NCBI GenBank assembly: GCA_905178155.1
Contig: CAJINV010000006.1
Location: 3,222,437 to 3,286,436, forward strand
DNA length: 64,000 nucleotides
Source: Amoebophrya sp. A120
Lineage: Eukaryota > Protista > Dinoflagellata
Direction of reading: 5' to 3'
Shown: positions 25,401 to 37,300 of the stretch, in pieces
Position numbering within the stretch: position 1 is the stretch's first letter
How the letters are laid out: each line of letters starts with the position of its first letter
The notes under the pieces: model-generated
Seen by the model: only the letters and a program-made list of their open reading frames with translations
The model's database searches: none
Told to the model about the DNA's origin: nothing
Made by a program: the position numbers and the translations under genes

Positions 25401-28400
25401 TTCGGAGGTCGTAAAAAGGGATGAGAAGATAAAAATGCGTCATGCAGTATGATCAGGTAAGAAGGAAAAATCTGTCGTGCATGATTGCGATTAATACTAC
25501 GAGTCTACGATCATACTTTTCCAGTGGATAAAGGCTCGACGACTACGATTTGAAATCCATGAACTTCGAGTCTCTGCAAATCGTGATCAGCATGTACCCC
25601 ACCACAGAGGAGATTCAGCAGTTGAGGAGATACGACGAGCTACTCGCAGCGCAGGAGAAAGACGATCCGAACAACCCGCTGCCCCCCCTCCGCGGCGCGG
25701 AAGACTTTCTGATGGGAATTCTCAAGATCCAGCATTTCAAGCAGAAAACGGACTGCGTTTCCTACGTGGAGCTGTTTCCGAAGTCGTTTGAAGAAACGGA
25801 GAAGGAAGCAGGTTTGTTGGAAAGCTGCTCGGTGAAGATATTGAATTCGCAGGCACTGCAGGTGGTTTTCTTTCTCATTATGCAGATCGGGAATTTTTTG
25901 AACTACGGAACGGCCAAAGGGTCCGCTTTCGGCTTCTCGCTGGACACATTAGACAAATTCGGGCAAATATCCAAGGAAAAAACTGTGCAGGTGTAATTTT
26001 CTACTTAGAGGAATAGCATCACAAGTTTGATGCTCTGCATGACACAGAAAGCCTGTCATGCGTATCCAGTACCTGAAAACAGAACACGAAGGAAAGAGCC
26101 TCTGATGCAAATCCAGCATGACAAGTATAGCAGTTTTACACTTTCTGCATCACAGACTTACACTCACATAGCTTTTTTCTTGCATAGCAAACGGCCAGCT
26201 TTTCCGCGAAGGACTACACGCTAGCGCACGCGCTCTGTGTATCAAATGCAAATATGTCTGGGAGGTCTGGAATAGTGTGATGCTGTTTGTGCATGACACA
26301 GAAGGTCTAGCATGCAAGTCCTAGCAACACAGGTTTTGTGCAGGTTAGGCGATGCCTATATCCGCATGACAAGTTCCCTCCTTTGGTGGCAATAAGTGAG
26401 CAACTTTTAGTGCAGTCCATGCATGACAGATTTTTTTTCTGGTCTCAAATGTGCATCAGAAGTTTACACGTTTCCAGACCCAGACACTTTTGCATTTGAT
26501 ATTGTGAGGAACTGTGGAATGAGAGTAGGGATTCGCTGAAGCAGTTTTTAGAGGATTTGAAGGAGTGCGAAGTTGCCGGGAGAGTGGATTTCGCGGACTG
26601 TAAAAAGAGGGCGAAGGATTTAGAACAGCATATCCCACAGAAAAAAGCAGGCAGGGCAGATTTGTAATGCAAAAAAAAAGACACAAAAAAATCTATCATG
26701 GGCGGCCCCCTAGCATGCTGCTTCGAATATGGAATGCGGATTTTCTTGTGTATCTATTTTTGCATTACACCCTGCCTGCTTTTTTCTGTGTAATACAGCA
26801 GGTGGAATACGTGCGGAAAACGGTCGGCGTGAAGGTAAAAATCTGTATTGAATGCTACTTATGTGATTTTTTGCGATTGCGCATGATGCGCACGACAAAC
26901 TAGAAGATGGTTTTGGAGCCCAATTGATGCGAACGCGCACGCCAACCTAGACGACGTCTCTAGTACGTTCTTTCCAACTTCGATTTGTATTTCTGCAGCA
27001 AAACAGAAACATCCATGTCGATAATATCAGCTTCCGGACGAAGACGCAGCTGACGGCAGTACTACAGTTGCAGAAGGGAAACCAACCAGCACAACAGCGA
27101 CTATCACCCCGCTTTTCTACCCTGAGTAAAATAACCATCCCCACACCAGAGGCAAGATGGGAATTTTGCAACACAAACCTAGAACTTTTGGGGGTCACGC
27201 ATCACAAGTTGCAGTCCGTAGTGTAGTGCAGGTTCGCAAGGCCAGCTGCATCAGAAATCCATCGGCTCATCCTATTTACAGCATGACATACAAGAAAGTA
27301 CAAAAAACGACTAGGAACGTCTCTCCTGGCGATGCGCATTACAAATGTTTCTGTCATTGCAAACTGCATGACAACTATGGTGCGGGGACGTTTTTACTCA
27401 GGATATCTTCGGCTCCGCCTTCACAAAGGGGATGGAGGAATTTGTCATCAACGAAAAGAAAAGGGTATATGCATGGCAAATATGTCTGGGTCTGCAAATT
27501 TGTAATGCTAAAAATGTAATGCTAATATTGATATTCGCACTGCAATGCGCAGCCAAGCATGACAAATTTTTGGGCTGCTAGGTGTTGCGTATTCCGCATG
27601 ACAAACGTGAGTTCTTTCATGACAGGCAAGACGTCCTTTTCGTGCTCACGCATCACAGATTTGAGATGAGTCATGCCCGACAAGCATGACAATTTTGCAT
27701 TCATTCTTCTAGACCCAGACATATTTGCACTTGACAGGGTAACGAATTTGACCAAAAAGATCGAGAAGTTAGAAAAAAAGCAAACGGAGTTAGTTTCCTT
27801 TCTCGCAGCGCGAAATGGGACCGCATTACAGGACTGTTTTTCCTTATCCAAGGGAAAAAGATTGCCGGTGTAACTTGAACTGTTTTATTGGCGGAGCAGC
27901 ACTTTTACAAATCTGTCTGGCAGATAGTTGTACGGGGAAAGGAATAAGAAAGCAAAAACATAAACATGTTTGGATCGTAGACCTTGCAGTACAACATGAC
28001 CAGCATAACAGACGCAAAAATCGTTCTGCGTGGTGCCTGTTATCAGAAAGCTTTTATACTTGCAATTTTTTTTTGGCGGATTTTGCACCCTCGCGAAGTT
28101 CCGAAAGTTGATAGAGCAGTCCATGCGGCAGAATCAAGAATATCGTGAGGAAAAATATCCCTTCCCACTATCGAAAAGGAAATTTGCGATGCTGCATTTG
28201 CGTACACAAATCGGGTTGTATTGCTAGAAGAGCAAGGGACGCACTTGTGGCCTTGTTTGCAGGCAATTTGTCATGGTGTTTCCCACTTCCAGTCGCCCCC
28301 TGTCATGCTGAAGACGCAAGGCTTTCCCACGACGCCAGCCAGCACTACAGTCCGCCGCTTTTGCCTTCTAGCATGACAACACGACTTGTGGCCACGAATC

Positions 28401-29748
28401 ATCGACGCAAATTTCCAGTTTCTTGAGTAATTTGGGGAGGGGGGATTTATCCTTTTGATAAAGAAAGAATTTTGAAGGAAAGGAAACGGCAACAGATATC
28501 CTGAGTAAAAACGTCCCCACACCAGAGTTGTAATGCAGATTTGCAAAGACGGGAAGACTTGTAATGCGCATCCCCATGAGAGCCGTTTCCAATCGTGTTT
28601 TGGAATTTGTGATGCTGTGAACAGGATGAGCAGATGAATCTGTGATGCGGCTGCACTTGCTAACCTGCACGACACTGCAGAGCGCAACTTGTCATGCGTG
28701 ACTCACAAAACTCCTAGGCTTGTGTTGCAAAATCCCCATCCTGACTCTGGTGTGGGTACGTTTTTACTCAGGATAACAGAGAGAGGAGGATGCGAGGAAG
28801 CTATCCACAAAAAGAAAACTACACCCATCCCCATCCAATTTGTCGTATGGAAGTCATGCATTCAATCCAGTGTAGTTCTTTGTCATGCAGAATAAAAATG
28901 GATGGGGATCTTCATGGGTGTGGTTTTTTCCTGGATAGAAGCGGATAGCAGATAAATTGATGTCGGCGGTTGGGAAGGAAAAGGAGAAAGAAAAACAAGC
29001 GGAGACTACAGCACCCGTCGGGCCGAAAACTGTGGAAGAATTTTGCAATGTGGAGGGCAAGGCGAAAATATTAAACGGGCAAAACAATGATCCTGCTGGC
29101 ACCACGCCGGAAACAACAGGAGCTGGTGCGGAAAAGGAACAGAAGAAAAAAACAACTAGTACCAGCGGGGGCGCGCTGGATTTATGCGAGTTGAGTTTTG
29201 GCGCTTACCAAGGAGAGCCAGATACTGCTGCTGCTGCTGCTGGGAAGAAGCAACAACAAAAGAAGCCGCCAGATAAACCTGCTAGTTCAACAAGTTCTCC
29301 GGAAGGACCGAAAGCTACAGCGAGCGAGGACCAGGCAGCAGCTGCAACAATTGAAAGTAGTAAATCAGAAGCTGCAAGAACCACCTGCCCTGCAGAAGTG
29401 GGAGCGCAATCCCAATCGGAAGCAGTGAGTAATAATGAAGTAGACCCCGCCTCTACTACTTCTACCTCTCTGGACAAATCAAAATCTGCGCCTGCAGCCC
29501 CGGAAGTTGTAAAACTGAAGCCGACGAACCACCCCCACCCGAAGTCAAGAGAACCGCCAGACGGAGCACCGCCAGAGGATTCCCCCTCCCTAACGAAATC
29601 GCAGATCCGAAAAGCCAGCAGCACCATTGTGGTCGGCGGCGAGCGAAAACGGGTCAGTACGCTGTTGCGAACCAGCAGGACAAGCAACCAGTACAGCTCT
29701 TCTTCGTCGGAGGAGGAGAGGGAGGACGTGTCCTCGCCGGTCACGTAG
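13471..29748 (+). CDS. Formin (N-terminal coiled coils, Pro/Gly/Lys-rich FH1, FH2); 33 introner-type introns plus GT-AG introns 18736..19091 and 26834..27030
   Basis: FH1 poly-Pro (PPPVPGGK, PPPPAPGK); FH2 motifs KALHWQKL, KAQNIEIALK, LQVVFFLIMQIGNFLNYGTAKGSAFGFSLDTLDK, then after splicing GQTASFSAKDYTLAHAL and FTKGMEEF; start codon tentative. Confidence 0.9.
13719..13944. mobile_element. Introner, family E
   Basis: TSD ctgga. Confidence 0.88.
14868..15141. mobile_element. Introner, family A
   Basis: TSD caagt. Confidence 0.92.
15255..15429. mobile_element. Introner, family B
   Basis: TSD gagca. Confidence 0.88.
15485..15755. mobile_element. Introner, family A
   Basis: TSD ggaaa. Confidence 0.92.
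15792..15962. mobile_element. Introner, family B
   Basis: TSD gagaa/gcgaa. Confidence 0.85.
16162..16474. mobile_element. Introner, family D
   Basis: TSD cagcg. Confidence 0.92.
16602..16760. mobile_element. Introner, family B
   Basis: TSD cagat/caaat. Confidence 0.88.
16860..17180. mobile_element. Introner, family F
   Basis: TIR aaaatccccc-tccccatatc; TSD agaac/agaaa. Confidence 0.85.
18013..18162. mobile_element. Introner, family B
   Basis: TSD ctcac/cctac. Confidence 0.85.
18409..18656. mobile_element. Introner, family G
   Basis: TIR tatggcg..ttctcaa..cgttaca; TSD ggtga/agtga. Confidence 0.88.
19169..19491. mobile_element. Introner, family F
   Basis: TSD atgat. Confidence 0.85.
19955..20114. 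mobile_element. Introner, family B
   Basis: TSD aactg/gactg. Confidence 0.85.
20459..20710. mobile_element. Introner, family A
   Basis: Near-perfect TIR; TSD tgcag. Confidence 0.93.
20792..21082. mobile_element. Introner, family C
   Basis: TSD tcgaa. Confidence 0.9.
21173..21440. mobile_element. Introner, family A
   Basis: TSD cggtg. Confidence 0.9.
21470..21724. mobile_element. Introner, family G
   Basis: TSD aggaa. Confidence 0.85.
21869..22121. mobile_element. Introner, family A
   Basis: TSD cgagg. Confidence 0.9.
22196..22336. mobile_element. Introner, internally deleted family C
   Basis: TSD gctgg; 141 bp. Confidence 0.85.
22608..22761. mobile_element. Introner, family B
   Basis: TSD tgaac. 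Confidence 0.9.
22809..23118. mobile_element. Introner, family F
   Basis: TSD cacag. Confidence 0.9.
23479..23723. mobile_element. Introner, family G
   Basis: TSD cgctc/ccctc. Confidence 0.88.
23767..24032. mobile_element. Introner, family A
   Basis: TSD ccgca. Confidence 0.92.
24375..24660. mobile_element. Introner, family G (degenerate)
   Basis: TSD cgccg. Confidence 0.85.
25347..25530. mobile_element. Introner, family B
   Basis: TSD acggc/aaggc. Confidence 0.85.
25968..26186. mobile_element. Introner, family E
   Basis: TSD gcaaa. Confidence 0.88.
26240..26501. mobile_element. Introner, family A
   Basis: TSD ctgtg/ttgtg. Confidence 0.9.
26631..26795. mobile_element. Introner, E-like
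   Basis: TIR cacagaaaaaagcaggcaggg; TSD cagca. Confidence 0.9.
27118..27405. mobile_element. Introner, family C
   Basis: TSD ttttc/tcttc. Confidence 0.88.
27468..27736. mobile_element. Introner, family A
   Basis: TSD gggta. Confidence 0.88.
27845..28082. mobile_element. Introner, degenerate family E
   Basis: TSD ttcct/ttgca; FH2 frame restored. Confidence 0.7.
28141..28460. mobile_element. Introner, family F
   Basis: TSD aagaa. Confidence 0.88.
28497..28775. mobile_element. Introner, family C (young copy)
   Basis: TIR tatcctgagtaaaaacgt.cccacaccagagt; TSD acaga. Confidence 0.95.
28802..28937. mobile_element. Introner, short unique type
   Basis: TSD gaagc; TIR tatcca..aaaac.acacccat. Confidence 0.88.
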
Positions 29749-31391
29749 CAGTCGGCAATGCTGACTAAAGATAGTGCAGCCAAGTATAATTCAGCTTTTA
29801 ATGCTAGGTTTCGTTTTCAAAAGACCGTCAATAAATCTAACGAGTTGAATGATTATTTTCATCGTCATCCTTGCGGCAGCGCCAGCGGCACGGATGTTCT
29901 TGTTGTTTTTCATTGCACGATCGAAAGATCAAGGGTTTTCCACAATTTAAGTGAAATCTAACGAAACGGAAGCGACGCATTTCGGAGCTCGCTCTTCTTG
30001 AGAACAAAGGGCTGTAGTGCTCTGCAACCACAAACACCATTTTCAATATATTCGCGAATACAGCAATAGTGAGGTAACCTCGCTAAATTTGCAGCATTGC
30101 TCAACAGGAAGAACAAGATTTTTTGCATCAATTTCAACATCATGGCAAAGGCAATGCATTGCTGATCAAGCTGCTGTTTAACTACTGCTACACTGCTAGG
30201 CCCGCCTGGCATGAAAATCTTTGAGTTGTACTATCGTGCCTGTTGATGTTGAGGTCGACGGTCTGTTGTAGCTGCGCCTCAGGGAAGATGAAGGCGAGGA
30301 CCGACAACTTGCTCCTTCTTCCCAGTGTTCGAAGTGGAGGAAGTCGCAATGCGGGCGAGTGTTCGCCCGCACCTCCGCAGGTCGGCGCTGAGAATAATTT
30401 GAGTCAACCTGATTTCACGCTGTGTGCAGAAGTGAGGCTTTAATCAATATTCCTCAGCTGCTTCCAAAGAGATTGCAAATTGATGGCGGAGGATGGATCC
30501 ACCGAGCGTCGTCTAGTCGTGGTGTGGTGTGGTCTCGTCTGCTTTATTGGAGATGGTACTGACGAGGAGCACCCTGGAACAAGATTAAATTTTGTCCCGA
30601 AGCGTTTCACGTCCTGCATATGATGAAACGATAACGATCAGCAGTCACGCCAAAGCACACATGATAACCGTACTCGCAGATTGGTCTTGTATCGTAGGAA
30701 AGTTTCATTGCCTGGTAGCGACGATTTTTTTTCTAACGTGTGCAAAGGGCCGCGGTAAACCTGTGATTAATATCTTCAGTTGTAGGATGTCATTGTCATC
30801 AAGAACCAGCAACATCCGTAACCTCCCCTGCAGTTTTGGTTCTGGTAAGTGAGGGTTGCTAATACAGAAGAGATCTGTAAAAGCAAAATTTGAACAGGAA
30901 CTCAGACGCTCTTGAACTTTCCTGGGCTCCGCTTGTGTGGCGCTTCAGTAGAAAGAACTGAAAAACCAGATTTACAATAAAGAACACCATATTTTTGCTA
31001 TCAGCCTTAACAACCCAGAGAAACATACAGCAAGATGACTGCAGGAGCCTCGTGGACTTCTTTGTGACCAGGAGGTGCAGCGTCGGCAATAACATCGCGG
31101 CGACCGCAAGATGTGAGGCGAGTATTTTTGCAGCTACGTACTTATCTACGTGCAGCCGACGCGGCACGACCCCATCAGCCCCACCGCCGTTGTTCATCAT
31201 GTTGCCTTCTCGTCTCACTTACTTACTTTTCAACACGTTGTTTGCATCTAGATCTAGCCCAAGCCCGCTAGGCTAGTACAAGAACCGCTGAGGCCGCCGC
31301 TGCATCAGAAAGTAGAAAAAGCACGAGCACGACTACAAGAACTCCATCAGAACTTCTACGTCGGACCATCACCAGCACCACCACTACCATC

Positions 31392-34300
31392 ATGTTGGCC
31401 CGCACCACTTCGGCCGGAGATCCTAGTACCGCCAAGCCCTCTTCTTCCGATTTGAAAAGCCCGATTGTCTTCCGCGACCGCAACCTCACTTCCGTTCACT
31501 ACATTACGAATGACACGGTGAACCACTTCGTGCAAACCCAGGGGAAGCAGTTTTCGCTCTTCAAATTTGGCGACCCGGCTAGCGTGGAGTACTATGCGGA
31601 ACAATTGGTGGCGAAGATCAGGGAGAGGTATCGCAAGAAAAAACTGTTCCATTGTAAACCTGTAATGCAGAAAATGCATCACTGAAGTGTTTGTCTTGCT
31701 ACACATGCAAGACAAGTGATTTTTAGCGGTGTTTTCCCTTGGGATCCTCGCAGGGCAAGTTTTCCTTGTAATGTGTGGCGAACTTGTAATGCAAAACTTG
31801 CAAAATTCTTACAGTGAAGCAGTTTTTTCTTACGATAAGAGGTTTGGAAAGAGGATTGAGGCGATTTTGAAAGTAGATTCATCATCTTCACTTTCTTCTG
31901 GGAGTTCTTGTTGTAATGCTTCGCATCAAGAATTACCCGCAGGAGGAGCTGTTGTCTTCCCAGCTTCCGCAGGACGAACGCAGGAATTACAGGGTCTTTC
32001 CTACGCCTCTTCCGCCACGTCTGCGGCATCAGCATCCTCTGCGAGTAGCAGCTCAAATTCCTCGTGCGAGGAATTAGTAGATCAGGAAATGCCGGATGTT
32101 GCGGACAATTTTTGCCACCAGCAAGGTAGTCCTCAAAATTCGAAAGTGGTCTCCTTCCAAGCGGCCTTTGCGAATTCCATGCAGAAGAGTGAGTTTCAAC
32201 ATCCGGAACATATCCTGGCTAAAAACGTCCCCACACCAGAGTTGTAATGTAGATTTACAAAAACAGGAAGACTTGTAATGCGCATCCCCATGAGAGCCAT
32301 TTCCAGTCGTGTTTTGGAATTTGTGATGCGGTGAACAGGATGAGCAGATGAATCTGTGACGCGGCTGCACTTGCTAACCTGCACTACACTGCGGAGTGCA
32401 GCCTGTCATGCGTGACTCACAAAACTCCTAGGCTTGTGTTGCAAAATCCCCATCCTGACTCTGGTGTGGGGACGTTTTTCCTCAGGATAGAACAAACAAC
32501 AACTTCAACCCAGCAACTTCTTCTGCACAACAACAACGCCCCGCTAGACATCGACTCTCCTGTGCTGCTGAAAAAGCGCAAATCGACGGACAACAGCCTG
32601 CTGGAACCGCAGCACCGGGGCGAGGACATCAATCCTGTTGCCCATGTAGGTCCTCTTGGCACGGAGTTCTTGTCAGGAGCCAACGGCGAACAGGATCATA
32701 TGGCAGTGTCAGGATTGAAATCGACAAAGTTGCAATAGTTTGTGATGCATAAAACGGATACCATTTGGCGCCTAGGCCTAGTTTTCAAGTGGCGCATGAC
32801 AAATTTGGGTAGAGCCGAAATCCAGTTTGTAATGCTGTTTGGGTAGGGAAGACCCCTTTTGTCATGCTACTTTAGCAGCTCTATTGCTACCCCTCAACAG
32901 GCTTACAATCTGCCTCCCTTGCCTACCCTGCAAGACAGGCACTCTGTGGCTTGCATTTCATGCATCACAAACTATTTCAACCTTGACGATTTCAATCCTG
33001 ACACATCCATAGATCAAAACGGAGTCGCAGAAGGTGTTGTACCCCCACTGCATCTGGAAGGCGGACGAGCAGCAAATAATAATGCAAAAACGCTGAATTT
33101 CCAGCAAATACCCTCCAACAAACCTACCCCGACAAAGAAGAAGTCCGTCCGCTTTATGGATTGCAAAAATGTCTGGGTCTGGAAGAATGCAACTTGTCAT
33201 GCTGTCTTTGGATTCCAAAAAAATCTGCATTGCGTGACCAGCATCAGGAGTCCAGTTTGTGTTAAGTACGCGGAGAGGGCATTTCTCATGCGGAATAGGC
33301 ATCAGGAAGGCCTCTAAAAATAAATCTGTGATGCTAGATCGTGCATTCGATGCGTCACGGATCATAGAAAACATGCATCACAAATCCCGGCATCTTCCAG
33401 ACCCAGACATTTTTGCATTTGATACGCTTGCTGATCGAGCAGTTAGATTCTGCCGATTGGGACGACGGGACGCCGAAGGTCTCGGAGCGCTGTATACTCC
33501 TCGCCACGAAAACGGAGAACCACCAATCTCCTTCCCAGCTGGTAGATTTATCAGCTTCTCCTTGTTTGGACAGCAGTGTAAAAGTGAAAAAGAAGTTATG
33601 CAATGTAAATTTCCCGTACATGTACAAAATGCATGACAAATTTTGCTAACTTGCAGTGTACAACTTGTCATGCTAGACTAGGGTTGAAGGCAAATTTTGT
33701 CATGCAGAGACAGCATTTGTACATCGTGTACAGGAAATTTCCTGTGGATAGAAGTACCCGCGGACGCCGGCAAACGTGTTATCCTGTGCAAAAGTATCGT
33801 ACTCGTATTGCAATCATGCATTACAAATCTTGTTCTTAAGGCAAATCCGCATTACAAATTTCATTTCTCATGCTGAGAAAATTTGTAATCCATTTATACG
33901 AGTACGATACTTTTGCACAGGATACGTGTTGAAATTAGCCGATACGAAGTGTAACTTGATGGCAGGAGGTTGTTCAACTTCTTCGCGTATGCTGTGTAAA
34001 AATGTCCCCAACTACCCATAGTCAAGATGGGAATAAATCTGCAACACAAATCTCGAAGTTTTGGGATTTCTGAATGACAAGTTTCCATCTGCAGTGTAGT
34101 GCTGGTTAATAGCAAGGAAAGCCGCAGGACAAAGCCAGTTCCTCATCCTGTTTGCAGCATTACAAATTCCAAAACAGGATTGGAAATGCCTCACATGTGG
34201 ATGCGCATTGCAAATGTTTCTGTCATTGCGCATTTGCGTGACAACTCTGGGGTGGGGACGTTTTTGCTGAGGATATCGCGAGTTGCAACTTCTTCTGCTT

Positions 34301-37300
34301 CCACGTCTGGCTACGTCATGCCCGGGACGACGGATTATATAATGGCCGATGAAGATATGGAAGCGTCAGGATCGAAATCGTCAAAGTTGAAATGATCTGC
34401 AATGCAGAAAAGTGATACAAGCTGGAGCCCAGTTTGCAAGGTGCGCATGACAAATTTTGGGAGCATCGAAATCCAATTTGTCATGCTGTTTAAGCAGACA
34501 AGACTGCTTTTGTCATGCTCTTGTAGCAGCTCTATCTCACACCCCAAGCAGGCGTAGAATCGGCCGCAGTTGCCTGCTCTGCAAGACAGGCCCTTTGCGC
34601 CTAGCATTTTATGCATCACAAACTATTTCAACTTTGACGACTTCAATCCTGACACTCCCATAGAAGATGATGAGAACACACCCCGCCCGGCAGAGCATAA
34701 GATGAACCAGATGGGTCGTGACTTTTGTGAGAATAATAATACTCTGCAACCTCCGCTGCGTGCCATGAACTCCTCCTCTTCAATGCTGAACGACCACTAC
34801 AACACAGACAGCACGTCGTTGAGCAGCTCCTTCTTTCCGCCAGCACTGGCAGGAGCTTCTTCTGGTGCAACGTCTTCGGTAGTTCTTTCATCTGGGAGTC
34901 AGGTGTCTGCCAGCTTGAAACGGTCCTCAAGAACGGTTAACAAGCCATCACCTAGTTCAGATGACCAGCAGAAAACTGCAGGGTTGTATCCTGGGACGAG
35001 CAGCAGTGTCGATGGTAACGTGATGAAACAAGTTCCCCCACCGTTGTTAATGATCACTTCGTACACGAATAACGACATCACCAGCTTGACCAGCGGTGGA
35101 ATCGGTCTTGAGCCTGCAGTATCCCACGAAAAAACTGTTTCACTGTGATGGTTTTGCAAGATCCGCATCACAAGTTTTCTACACATGACACAGAAACTTT
35201 GCCATGCGTGCTTCCCAAGGGAAAACACGCTTAAAAACCCAAAGCCTTGCAGGTGTAGCAAGACAAATAGTTTATTTGTTCCATTCCCATTGTTCTATGC
35301 ATCATAATTTCACAGTGAAACACTTTTTTCTTGCGATATGCAGCTACGATGAACAGCACCAGCGATGTAGTAGAAGTCCTTGACAGCACGACAGGAATAG
35401 AACAACTACACAAGGAGAAAAAAGAGCAGAATAAAACAACGACCCCCGTCGCCCTCCCTCCGAAGAAAAAGCGGCCCAGGACACTGAAACGGGCATCAAC
35501 TGAGTTCTTCTGCGCAGATCCGAGCGCGGCGCTAGGGGCGGTAGGTGGCACGGCAACTGCATCGACGTCGTCAAGAATGCATCCCGGAGTTTCATGTGGG
35601 AGCAACGACATGCAGGTCATGGATACAGTGGTGGAGGAAACTGCAGACGAACAAGCTGCAATGCTGTTCTCCTCGTATCGCAAGAAAAAAGTGTTACAGT
35701 TACACATTGTGATGCAAGACTGGCAACACAGACAACCTTTCTCATGCAGGAAATGCTTGGGAACCTCGTTTCCTTCCTGTTTTCCCTTATGATTTGCGCA
35801 TTACAAGTTTTCTCTGCCACACAGAGAAAATTTGTGATGCAGAAACCGCAACAAAAGTGTAACTGGAGCACTTTTTTCGTACGATACCTCGTCAACAGCC
35901 TCTACTACCACAGCTGCTGCGTCCGCCTCATCTTCTGCCGCCTTTTCGAGTTCTTTTCAAGCATCAGATAGGACGATCGACGGAAGTTTCGGATTTCAGG
36001 AGGCCACAGGCCAGAGCGTTAGCTTCTCTTCGACTTACTGTAGTGCCGGAAATTTCTTACTGGCTCCTGCGGCCTCAGGTAGAATTATGATGTAATTTAT
36101 TTGTGTACTTAGTTGAAGATCGATGTTGACCCTACGTTCAACATCTTAAGGTGGTCCCTTTTTAGGCTCGTCGCGGCCCAGACGACACTCCATTATTACG
36201 GTTTCTGGATTTGAAGTCGACTCGAAATGTCGGCAATAAACCACCTGAATATTGAACCAGGCACGTCTACTGTAGAAGACCCACAGAGCATTACCTCCTC
36301 TTGGACCACATCACATGCGGCTTTTTTGCCCGCCACCGATCACGACGCAATGAGCGTGCACACGACCTACGAAATGCAAAAGTGTCTGGGTCTGGAAGGT
36401 TGGAACTTGTGATGCTAAATTTGGACTCTATAAAAAATCTGTACTGCATGACCAGCAAAAGGAGTCTAGTTTGTGTGATGCGGGGAGGGCATTTGTCATG
36501 CGGAGTAGGCACGATCAGGAAGCCCTCTAAAAATCTGTGATGCTAGGTCGCGCATTACAGACATCCTAGGCCGCTATGCAAAATGTGCATGACAAATCTC
36601 GCAATCTCCCAGACCCAGACATATTTGCATTTCACACGACCCAGCAGGACACGAATCTGGAGCCGACCCCAACTGCTAAAAATAATCCTCCCACCACGTC
36701 GGAGGTGCTGCCCGGGCGGTTCTTTCCAGATTTGGTGCACGACCTGGATGAAGTAGACGCATCGGATAAAAATGCGGCGAATGTTGGCGATGATCAACAA
36801 GAGGTGGAGGAACAAGATCAGCATGAGTTCACTTCCCCTGACCTCCTCGAAGCAGAACCGCCCGATGAGAAGATCGTCATTGTCGCCGTTTCCTCCGCAA
36901 CCAGCATCCCCAAGGCCTCCCAATTGCTCCTGGAGCAGGTTTATCAAATGCAAAAATGTCGGGGTCTCGAAACTTGTGATGCTGAATTGCGCATGATTGA
37001 AGCGCAGCTTCCAATGGCAGCCAAGCATGACAAGTTTTTGAGACGCCTGCTGATGCCTAGGACGCATTACAAATTGCGTTTTATTTGCATGACAAAGAAA
37101 TAAACTGCTCTACTTTTGCTGCTCATGCAACACAGGTTTTCCAGGAATGCAAGACACGCATTACAAGTTCCACTTTTCCAGACCCAGGCACTTTTGCATT
37201 TGATAAGGTTTGCAAAAAACTCAACCTGCCGGCCGGCTACATGCGGACCTTCAACGAGACGGAGCTGTTTCTCATGCAGAACCGGAGGAAAAACAGGATA

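Noticed and set aside
13471-29748. Interpretation of the fragmented genes as pseudogenes
   Set aside because: Spliced frames are open at the junctions checked and conserved motifs are intact, including around old, degenerate elements
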